DNA of 64,000 nt, taken from assembly GCA_051294905.1 (NCBI GenBank), contig CM119371.1:5520001-5584000 (forward strand), read 5' to 3'. Of the stretch, positions 38,911 through 49,800 are shown piece after piece (position 1 is the stretch's first letter; every line of letters begins with the position of its first letter). The DNA is from Botryllus schlosseri. Lineage: Eukaryota. The position numbers and the translations under genes were made by a program. The notes beneath the pieces were generated by a model. The model saw only the letters and a list, made by a program, of their open reading frames with translations. It searched no databases and had not been told where the DNA came from.

Positions 38911-39230
38911 CTGCAATGCATGAAAGAGTGGAACTATTTTAAACAAAGAGCATTATAAGATTGTAGACGGAGCAATCACCATGACTTCATCAATGATAGT
39001 GTAAAAATCATTATATTACATTGTAATGTAGTCTTATTGTTTAATGTAGGCGGATATCGTCAAGAGCAGTGATTCCCAACCGCGGCCCCCAGCTAGCTTT
39101 CTTGCGGCCCCCACAAAAATATTGAGAAATCTATTTATGAAAAAAATTATATTTATAAAATACTCTTGCTTGGATTGGAGTCTGGAGTTTTCAATTAGGA
39201 TTGCAGGAAATTTGTAAGTAGACTGCTAAA

Positions 39231-40377
39231 CGGATGATTTTGACCTAAAAAATCTAAATTTTGACTTTTTTGACCTAAAAAAACTGAAATTTGACCAAAT
39301 TTTGACCTCACGTATGCAAATTAGGTGTTTTCGCACATAATATCAAAATTGTACTGCTTATCTTCATTTCTGGTTGGAACTGTCTGTCCTTACAAAGTAG
39401 ATTGGCCTGAAAGAACGTTTTTGGCTCAAAAACTGACACATTTTTACATGAAAAAACTAGTATTTTAACGAAATCTTGCCCTATGAAGAATTGCAGTAGT
39501 TACATTACGTATTATGGTGGAATAATTAAAACTTGTTTTAGTACAACGAAAGATACTTTCCTACATTCTCGTGTAGAAAGTGTTTGTTTTGTTTGTTTGT
39601 TTTGTGGTATTCATGGTTTGTCAACTACTATGGTCATTTACACCAGGCCGATATTCTTCATTATTTTCCGTAACTGCCAACATATAGCACGGTCCACCTC
39701 TAGGATTTTTTGTAAGACACCGCTTACGCGGATGAGGTGGCGAGGCGGAGCCTAGGTGAACCTCCAACACTTAGCTATCGGAATTATGAAGTCGACCTCG
39801 GTCGGAATCGAACCCACACCCATTGGTGTTGCAGCCGCAGATTATACCACTGCGCTATCTAGGGTAGAAAGTGTCTGTTTTACTAAGCATAGCTTGCCAT
39901 GAATGGAGAAAGAACGTTCAGCAGCAGCAGTTGTTAGCTGACAACACTGAAGTTGTGTGCACACTGCTTGCTGGCGATGCACCGTGTTGCTTCATTCTGA
40001 CAATGTTGTCTATATCACAATTTTTCAGCTTGCGCTTCTTGATGTAAGAACCATGCAATGCCCAAGCAGTCTTGCTTCAGTTAGGATATTGCGGTACGTT
40101 GACCATAAAACCATGTCACTATTTGTTTCATTTGACCGTTTATGATTCACAATGAGCAGACGATGGGCCGTTTACAACGGTAGGCCTATCTAGTATAGGC
40201 TACAGGCTGTAAATTATCAAATGATAAGTTCACGGACAGCGCAAAATCTACGATACAAACGAAATGTTGAGGTCAAAAAATGTCTGATTTTGTAAACAAT
40301 TTTGACAAATTTTGACCTAACGCTACAATTTGACCTAATTTTGACTTTTTTTGACATGTCAAAAAAAAATCGCCCTA
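39231..40377 (-). mobile_element. Non-autonomous hAT element (TAGGGC family), copy 3, left end damaged
   Basis: Collinear with 32223-33112; right end ATCGCCCTA; flanks CTGCTAAA/CTGCTAAG. Confidence 0.85.
39584..39863 (-). mobile_element. tRNA-derived SINE
   Basis: Minus-strand head AGATAGCGCAGTGGTATAATCTGCGGCTGCAACACCAATGGGTGTGGGTTCGATTCCGACC (A/B boxes), (AAAC)n tail and TSD GTAGAAAGTGT. Absent from the paralogous hAT copies. Confidence 0.85.
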
Positions 40378-42306
40378 CTGCTAAGATTACGTCACTGCTG
40401 TTTCAATGCAATGTGCCCTAACTTTCCAGTTGAACGGGCAGTACTAATAGATATAGGTATAAGTAGTGAAGGTGGTATCGTTTCGTGCAGGCCAATCAAA
40501 TTACGCCACGTCGCTTAATTGCCACGCCTACATTGCCACATCATCCGCCCATTGCCTCACCTATAGCACACCTATTGCCACATCATCCATCCATTGCTAT
40601 ATCATCGCTGCATTGATTGCCGCATCTTGATAGTTTTCTCAGATATTGTATTATGTGTATTTAGGACTAATATCATCCGTCCATATTTTTTAAACTTGAT
40701 TTTATGTGTACAAGTTACGGTTTCTGTAGTTTCCACATTTTACGACTTATGATTGCTGCGTCAAAACTTACCTTGGCTAGAATCGACAGATTTTCTATTA
40801 TGTGTATTTAGGACTATGTCTTTAAATTCCTATTCAGATTATACATAAATACGAAAACTATGATGTCTATGTAAGGTTATATTCTCCGGATAATATTATT
40901 AATATCAAAATTCTACACATCATCACTAATTACTTAATATAAAATGCGATTTTGAGCGCTGCGACTTGATAATATGAACCCCTACGCTTCTGATGCATGA
41001 TTTTTTGTGATAAGGACCTAGGTAACATTCAGAGTCTGCAACGATTGTTTGGATATACATTATAGCAATACCCCACTAAACTATAGGCGGTTATATTACT
41101 CTATTGGTCAGAGATAACTCATCCGACCATAATTTTAAACTTGATTTTATGTATACAAGTTACTGTCTCTGCAGCCTCCACATTTTACGACTTATTTTCA
41201 TTAGACGCAGGCAAGCGATTCTCCAGTTCCGAGCTACAGAAACAAATCACTCGCATGTGCGCGTTCCGAATAGTATTGTAGAATTTTCTAAAGTCGTAAC
41301 AGCTTAGTAGCATATACGCTAATCCCAAGGTGAAAAATAATCGAACGAACTATAGCCGTAGGCGTGCGATTCGCAGGGCTTTATTTATACAAACTCTATC
41401 GATGCCTGTACGCGAACCCCTGCGTTAAAACGATTAGGTCTAATTAACACGTTCTGAAGCCGAAAATTTAGTCAACATCATTGAGATAGCCATGATTTGA
41501 AGATGGTGATCTAGTGTGACAATAGCACTCGCCAAGGTTAGACAAACATAACCTTAAACTACTCTCTACTTCACAAAATATAAAGTTATAAAAGTAAGCA
41601 GATTTCTATGAAAACCCGTGAAATAGAAGTAAAAGTAGCCTAGAAACATAACTACTTAATGAAAAATCGTGATTCTTGAAGTGACCACATTTCATACGAT
41701 TCAGTCCTTTTCATGTCACTAGAATAAGGGTGATTAAACCAACAGTGAAACGCCGCCGGCGTCTTATAACGTAATAATGTAAGCTGCGTCGGGTGCTGCT
41801 ATAATGTTAGGAGCGAATATAGTAGAAAGTCCACGTCTGGACACCTGTAAGCAAGTGCGCATACTACCGTAGTAAACGCATAACAGAATTCATGCAAAAG
41901 TCTATATTGCTTTGTGATGATTTTGATGTTGTTCCATACCGATTGGGAAGATAGGACTCCTAATTTCCTTATCCCGGAACGTAGCAAGAAAAATCGTATA
42001 AATTTTGTAAAGTAGATAGAAAACTACACTATTCCGATGCAGTAAAGACTCTTACACGCTGGATTTTGTGCAGTATATACTAATTTTACATTGCGGAGTA
42101 TTCCATAAACGTTAATCCAGTGACCCTCCTTCTATTTTCAATCACGATCCGCTTATTATTCTAGGCTTCGAACCCCACACCCAGTACGTTTTATGGGGAT
42201 TAATATTTTTAGATTAAATATAGGGTATCGAGACTTCGTGAAACTTACTCGGAAATAGTTATTTCTACCCTAATTTAATAGATTTCTCAGATATCGTAGC
42301 AACGGA

Positions 42307-42389
42307 ACTGGCTTCAGCGAGCGGTTAAGGCGTTGGACTTAAGTTTCAATGAACAAGTGTTCACATAGGTTCGAATCCCACACCCACTA
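42307..42389 (+). pseudogene. tRNA-Leu(UAA)-like sequence, copy 1
   Basis: GAGCGGTTAAGGCGTTGGACTTAAGTTTCAATGAACAAGTGTTCACATAGGTTCGAATCCCAC: Leu-type D loop, TAA anticodon, long variable arm and GTTCGAATC T-loop; acceptor and T stems mismatched. Confidence 0.8.
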
Positions 42390-43534
42390 CGTTTACGAGA
42401 ATTAATATTTTTAGATTCAAATTTAGCGTATTGAGTACTTTTTCTGCATTTTTCAGTGCATTAGAGACGTTTACACTATTGATTTCGTGAGCTTTACTTA
42501 AGTTTTATAAATTAACGTAAAAGTAGCCATTTCCGAGTAAGTAAAACGTTCGTATTGTAGGTTCATTTCTGCTTAATACTATAATTATCATGGAGTTGAA
42601 GCAGTCCAATATCAAAAACACCCGAAAGTATTTGTTGCATATAGCTAAAAACCTAATTGAGTACTCTGAAGAAGTACAAGTAGCACAGTTTGTGGTATTT
42701 CTATGACATCGAAATTTAGCTAACCAGAACTTATACTTGAGTACTCCGAAATGTACAAGTACTTTACCTTTACACGACGTTTCTGTAAAATGAATACTGA
42801 TTTTATTAAAAAATAAAAAAGCACGAAAAATTACATTTTATCCCAAACCATCAGAATACTAAAGTAGCTTATCGCGTATATGGACCTAATACTAAAGTGT
42901 TTATGATTTCAGTTCGCTTCAACTTCATGACATTTTCAGTATTAAACAGAAGTATAGGCCTAGAATGCTAACTTTCTTCGTAAATTGCTACTTCTGCCTT
43001 AATTTAACGGATTTATCTGAGATCATTGCTTTACTTAATCTCTCCAAAATGTGCATTATACTAGTACGTCACCATCGAATCCCTCTGGCTATAACTACCC
43101 GATAGTATAATTGAGCCAAATACTCGAGTACTAATTTTAAAGTAGCTTAGGTATCTAAATGAACCAACGGTCAGTAAACCATTTCGAAGTGCAAGTACAG
43201 GAATATCATAGTTCGTGAACCGTGCTCAAATTTTGTAAAGTAGATAGAAAACTACACTATTCCGATGCAGTAAAGACTCTTACACGCTGGATTTTGTGCA
43301 GTATATACTAATTTTACATTGCGGAGTATTCTATAAACGTTAATCCAGTGATCCTCCTTCTATTTTCAATCACGATCCGCTTATTATTCTAGGCTTCGAA
43401 CCCCACACCCAGTACGTTTTATGGGGATTAATATTTTTAGATTAAATATAGCGTATCGAGACTTCGTGAAACTTACTCGGAAATAGTTATTTCTACCCTA
43501 ATTTAATAGATTTCTCAGATATCGTAGCAACGGA

Positions 43535-43617
43535 ACTGGCTTCAGCGAGCGGTTAAGGCGTTGGACTTAAGTTTCAATGAACAAGTGTTCACATAGGTTC
43601 GAATCCCACACCCACTA
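43535..43617 (+). pseudogene. tRNA-Leu(UAA)-like sequence, copy 2
   Basis: Same sequence in the second unit of the 1228-bp duplication. Confidence 0.8.
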
Positions 43618-45431
43618 CGTTTACGAGAATTAATATTTTTAGATTCAAATTTAGCGTATTGAGTACTTTTTCTGCCTTTTTCAGCGCATTAGAGACGTTT
43701 ACACTATTGATTTCGTGAGCTTTACTTAAGTTTTATAAATTAACGTGAAAGTAGCCATTTCCGAGTAAGTAAAACGTTCGTATTGTAGGTTCATTTCTGC
43801 TTAATACTATAATTATCATGGAGTTGAAGCAGTCCAATATCAAAAACACCCGAAAGTATTTGTTGCATATAGCTAAAAACCTAATTGAGTACTCTGAAGA
43901 AGTACAAGTAGCACAGTTTGTGGTATTTCTATGACATCGAAATTTAGCTAACCAGAACTTATACTTGACTACTCCGAAATGTACAAGTACTTTACCTTTA
44001 CACGACGTTTCTGTAAAATGAATACTGATTTTATTAAAAAATAAAAAAGCACGAAAAATTACATTTTATCCCAAACCATCATAATACTAAAGTAGCTTAT
44101 CGCGTATATGGACCTAATACTAAAGTGTTTATGATTTCAGTTCGCTTCAACTTCATGACATTTTCAGTATTAAACAGAAGTATAGCCCTAGAATGCTAAC
44201 TTTCTTCGTAAATTGCTACTTCTGCCTTAATTTAACGGATTTATCTGAGATCATTGCTTTACTTAATCTCTCCAAAATGTGCATTATACTAGTACGTCAC
44301 CATCGAATCCCTCTGGCTATAACTACCCGATAGTATAATTGAGCCAAATACTCGAGTACTAATTTTAAAGTAGCTTAGGTATCTAAATGAACCGACGATC
44401 AGTAAACCATTTCGAAGTGCAAGTACAGGAATATCATAGTTCTTGAACCGTGCTCAATGCTCAATAGACCGTTTTTGCTATTTTTCATCGCCATAAGTCA
44501 TTCTGGACCGCGTAAACGCATTGTACGTTATAGATGAAACTTATGCAAATCCCCGGAACGCAACAAGAAAAATCGTATGAATTTGTAAACTACTTATTCA
44601 TGACATAATAATAATTCTACTTGTACACATTTTCACATTTTATAACACTTTAAGTAGTACTTGAAAGTTTTGTCAAGTTAACAGGTTAAAAACTTATACT
44701 TGAGCACTACGAAATGTACAAGTACTTTACCTTTACACGACGTTTTGTAAAATGAATACTAATTAAAAAATAAAAAATAAAAAAGACCGAAAAATTACAT
44801 GTTATCCCGGAACGCAACAAGAAAAATCGTAGGAATTTGTAAACTACTTATTCGGTAAACTACTCTTTACTTCACAAAACAAAGTTACAAAAGTAAGCAG
44901 ATTTATATGAAAACCCGTTAAATAGAAGTAAAAGTAATAACAATGCATCATACCAAATTTGATCGCAATTTCATGATGCAATACCTTTAAAACTAACGCA
45001 GTTCTCTATACACTTTTGCGTAAATCTGTGTTTCGCTAGCGTAGCACGTACCTATACATAGTAAGCTTCAATAACGGAATTACCATGCTAATAATCAAAT
45101 CCCCACCCTGAAACTCGGTACGCGGTTGTAGGACATTATGAAAATACAACATACCAAATTTCATCAGACATTTCATGATGTAACACCTTTAAAACCAACG
45201 CAGTTCTATACCGACTTTTGGCTAAATCTGTTATCCATAGCGCAGCACGTACCTATACATCAAGGGTCGGCAACCTACGGCCCGCGGGCCGGATCCGGCC
45301 CGCCAAGCGAAATCGTCCGGCCCGCGACATAATAATTCGTTATCACAAGAATGCGGCCCGCCGTTTCATAATGAGTTTCAATCTGCAGTGCAGCACTGCA
45401 TGAAAAAAATGCGGCATTGCTACGATATAAT

Positions 45432-46022
45432 TATAGAAATTAAACATGAAACGGCAACGATCGATTTTGCAGCTTCGTTCCGCTTCGCTGAGGCTGCAGT
45501 GGAGAACTGTTTTGCGTAAGCGACCGTAGGATTTCTGGCAATCCAAAAGCTATCTTCCCGAGCGCAGAAATTACTGAATCTGGTCTTGATCGAAAGCTAC
45601 TGTAGCGCCGATTCCGAAAATATAAATTAAAATATTGATCAGGCTTTGATCCACCTAGAATCTGTCCTGCAAGTCTGAAATGTCGGCATCGTTCAGAACA
45701 ATCGGGTAACCGCAACACAATGGCCATAAAAATGACCCGTTGCGACACTCCGATTGTTCGAACAATGCCGATATTTCAGACTTGGAGGACGGATTATTGG
45801 TGGATCAGTGCCTGATCATTATTTTAATTTATATTTTCGGAATCGGTGCAACAGTAGCTTTCGATCAAGACCAGATTCAATAATTTCTTCGCTAGGGAAG
45901 ATAGTTTTGGGATTGCCAGAAATCCTACAGTCGCTTACGCAAAACAGTTCTCCACTGCAGCCTCGGTGAGGCGGAACGAAGCTGCAAAATCGGTCGTTGC
46001 CGTTCCATGTTTAATTTCTATA
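45432..46022. mobile_element. ~590-bp palindromic (foldback) MITE
   Basis: Arms ~45432-45706 and ~45750-46022 are reverse complements around a ~45-bp spacer; flanked by ATATAAT on both sides. Confidence 0.85.
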
Positions 46023-46286
46023 ATATAATAGTAGCCTACATCGTATTAGTCTATTGCTACGCCATAAAACGAAGGTGGTTGAAGTAGGAGATGGAGATGA
46101 ACTAGACTGGAACAGTGCTTATCAAACGGGTGTATCTCGCAACCGAAGGTGTTCCATACTTTTTTTAAAGGGTTTACCACTCTAACGGGGTGTGACAATA
46201 AAGGTGTTCTACCATTGCTTCAAAAACGCTTGGAACATCTCTGACGCAATGACGGAATCTCAAACTGTTCAATTATAGATAACTAG

Positions 46287-46803
46287 CAGTGATGAGCGGA
46301 TAGTGCTTTTCGAGACTCCGAATCCCTCCGACAACTTCAGTGTCTGAGGGAAACTCCCTCCGACTCCGAAGACCTCAATCCCAGACTCCGAGATACTCCG
46401 ATGAATCTCGTCAAGTATCCGAAACAGTGGCAAGCATGGTACACTTGGTAATGTGTTTTACTAAATTAATCTGATAATATGGCTGGTCTCATAGTATTCT
46501 CCACTCTCCAGTCCCCAATTGCAGTGCAGATGGCTGATTTTTATACATTTGGCAATCATTGTTGCATGTTACCAGTCATATTACAACTTCACAAGGTGTC
46601 AACTGTCTGTGTTTTGGTTTGTAATCATAATCAAGAGTGTATTCTGGTCAGAGCTATCCAAAGATATCGGAGACAAAAGTTACAATACTCCGAAATTCTC
46701 CGAAAAAATATCAGTAGTAAACTCCGACTCCGCTCCGACTGTCACAAAATCGGCAAAACTCCGCTCCGAATCCAATCCGACTCCGCTCCGATGCTCATCA
46801 CTG
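46287..46803. mobile_element. hAT MITE with ACTCCG subterminal repeats
   Basis: CAGTGATGAGC...GCTCATCACTG; exact TSD ATAACTAG. Confidence 0.92.
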
Positions 46804-49800
46804 ATAACTAGCCTCCGTATGTTAGTTAGCCTATCTATAGTTTGATTTTCCAGAAGGCATTGTGTGCCGAGACAAAAAACCTGAATAGTGTTTTAACCAC
46901 AATGGTGAAAACTGTTAATATGATTTTTGTCTCAATAACTGAATCAGTTACGCCAGATATTACTAGAAGCAGAGAATCAATATGGCGATGTCATGCAGGC
47001 CTATATCTGTCATTTTCGCTCATTGAGTCGAGCAGCTATGCTTACACGAGTGTATGAACTGAGATATGAAATAGCAACTTTCCTCGAAAACGCAAATATC
47101 GCCGACTCATAATCTTGTAATCGAAAATGGGTATCTCATCTTGCTTTCCTGGTACATTTAACGTCACATCTGAACAAATTGAATTTGCAACTCCAGGAGG
47201 AAAACAACTAAATACATGAGATGTTGAGGCACATTCAAAACAAATCTGTAGAAAATTATGCTCACTTTCCTATATTGGAGGAGAGAAAACCTAGTACCAA
47301 CACTACATTTGTAACTGTGATACGAAATTTAACTACTGAATATTCACCCGCTTTTCCGACATTTCTTCTCTACAAAATGAATTCTGACTATTCAGTACTC
47401 TGTTTAATGCGGACGCCAATACCAATGCCTGAAGATTTCAAATGGGCCTTTCTGAAATGCGATGCAGTTGAATTGAATGACAAATTTCATACAAAGAGCA
47501 TATCGCTGCATGACTTTGACAAAGAGTACGTTCTTGAAATTGGTCTTTATCCCAGCTTGACCAGCAATGCAAAAGAAATTGCATCGAATTTTGGAAGCAC
47601 GTACGCATGTGAACAATAGTTGTGAACAATGAAATTCACAAAGAGCAAGCTAAGATCACGTATTTCTGACGTCCATTTTGAATAGGGTCTGATTCTTGTT
47701 TCATCTGACTTATTACCAGAAGTTGAAAACCTTTCAGAAAGCAAGCTGCGCCAATTGTCACAATTATTCTGTGTTGTTGAAGTGTAAATACATGTGTCTT
47801 CTGATTGGTATGATTGAGATTGCAGCACTGTAGGATAACATACCGAAGTAAGCGTAAAATATAGTACTAAGAAAAATTCCGGCCCGCCAAAAAGTTCTAC
47901 ACCCGAAATTTGGCCCGCGACTAGCAAAAGGTTGCCGACCCCTGCTATACATAGTCAACTTTAAAACGGAATTACCATGTTAATAATCGGCCCCCCACCT
48001 TGAAACTCGGTACGCAGTTGTAAGACATTATGACAATGTAGCATGTCAAATTTTGTTACGCATTTCATGATTGAACAACTTGAAAGCTAACGCAGTTCTA
48101 TACCGACATTTGCGTGAAACTGTTTTGCGGGAGTTTAGCGCATACCTATGCGTAGTCAACTTTAATGACGGAATTACAGATGTAATTAGGTTTCAACACT
48201 TTTACAACGATTCTTCTTGCTTCCTATAACATCGCACTCGAAGCCCTCGTTATTAGGCTATGATCTCAGCCTGAGCTATGTCTTGAAGCCTACGGGACTT
48301 TGCAAATTGTTTCGATTTATTCTATACCCGTTTTAATGTAAGGAAGCCCATTTCACTCAATGTATCGATGCCTACAGTATAGAGTATACTCTACAAAATT
48401 TTCTGATTAATTCTCCCTATGTTAATTTACCATAAGACAGACAATTTGACTCCTAAAGTCCGAAATACTTGTTCGCTTGAGCTAAGCCGCAGCGCCTGGA
48501 GTGGAATTTTATAGTTCTTGTAAAAAGTTGTTTATACACAATATATGTTTAAGGTAAGTCCTACGAATTCATGATTTCGTCCGAGTTTGTATTTTAGTAA
48601 TATATACTAATACCGCGTTTGTAACTTGTGCAAGTAGGCCTACAGGAATATCATAGGTAAAGTCTCTGTCTTGCATTTAGTTGCCGGCTCTGAAAGCAAG
48701 CAAAGTTTGTGGTATTTGCGCAACATCGAAATTTGTACACTTCACGCGGGGCCTACGATACTTACGGCCTAATATGGCACATTACACTTGCTGGATATGA
48801 GGCCGACACTCCCAACCAGACATCACGACTGACTCAATGATTGCTTGCGATCTCACTTCTCGATACCAGACGCCTCGCCATACAAGTCTAATAAAGTATT
48901 ATAACAGACAAAATTAGTTCTTTCAGATGAAACAACCCAATTAAGAGCCAAGTGACAGCGTCGCAATGTATTTAATCGTTCGGGTAGACTTGAATCGTGA
49001 TCCGGATCTCGTAACATAGTAAAATCGAGGTATGTAGTTTAATTACTCACTCACTACTCTATATGTTGGTGGTGGTCATACCCTGCAAACTTTTTTTGCT
49101 GCGAACGTAGTGTTTCACCTTACATCAGTTGGTTCAATGTATGTACCGGGTTGTGAAAACTGTCGCTGTTTTGACTATGAGTCACAATCAATACTAAATA
49201 CGAGAATTCGTTACTCGTCGAAACGCCGCAGTCAGGCATCGTTAACAGCGATTCCGTGTATGGCAATCTTGAGTTCAATTGCGGTTTTTGTGATGTTAAC
49301 CAAGCGGCTGTGTTTCTGCGGTGTGAAGACTGAATTCGTGTTGTTTCCCTGCAAGAGTGCGATGTCTATTTCACACCTAGAGCAATTATAAAACGCATCT
49401 TCGAAACTTTTGGTCTAGTTCATCCGCTTCCATTTCGAAACGGACCATCACGACAAGACTCTAACCCACCACATCCGAGGTTTCAGTTGATCATATCGAA
49501 GAATATCATGTCCATCCGTGTTACCACCCACATCTTGGTTGAATGGCCGATGATAAGCCAAATTTAATAACGGAATTACCATGCTTAACATTGAATCCCA
49601 ACTCTAAACTTGATACGTAGTTGTAGGACATTATGGCAATGCACCATGCTAGATTTCATCACACATCTAATGATGGAACACCTTTGAAACTATCGCAGCC
49701 GAATACCGACTTTTACGCATATCTGTTTTTCGTGAACACAGCATATACCCATACATAGTCAATTTTAATAACAGAATTAGTATGCTAAATATTAAATTCT

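Larger units (their letters stand above)
42000..44455 (+). repeat. Direct tandem duplication, 2 x 1228 bp
   Basis: AAATTTTGTAAAGTAGATAG at 42000 and 43228; near-identical to ...GAACCGTGCTC at ~43227 and ~44455. Confidence 0.95.
45261..47944 (+). mobile_element. Buster/Charlie-family hAT transposon with decayed transposase
   Basis: CAAGGGTCGGCAACCT...AGGTTGCCGACCCCTG; exact TSD CTATACAT. Remnants at ~46840-47760: ALCA..VKTVNMI, LAFLVHLTSHLNKLNLQLQ, HFPIL, FGSTYACEQ, KSKLRSRISD (GTF2IRD2/Charlie-like) with stops and frameshifts. Confidence 0.92.

Noticed and set aside
39795..39863. tRNA-Cys gene on minus strand
   Set aside because: It is followed by a non-tRNA body, an (AAAC)n tail and a TSD, so it is a SINE head; stems are imperfect.
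41104..41307. 67-aa ORF mirrored at 51064-51267
   Set aside because: Consequence of the 942-bp TIR; non-ATG start and no recognisable domain.
42307..42389. Functional tRNA-Leu gene
   Set aside because: Acceptor and T stems have several mismatches; reported as tRNA-like/pseudogene instead.
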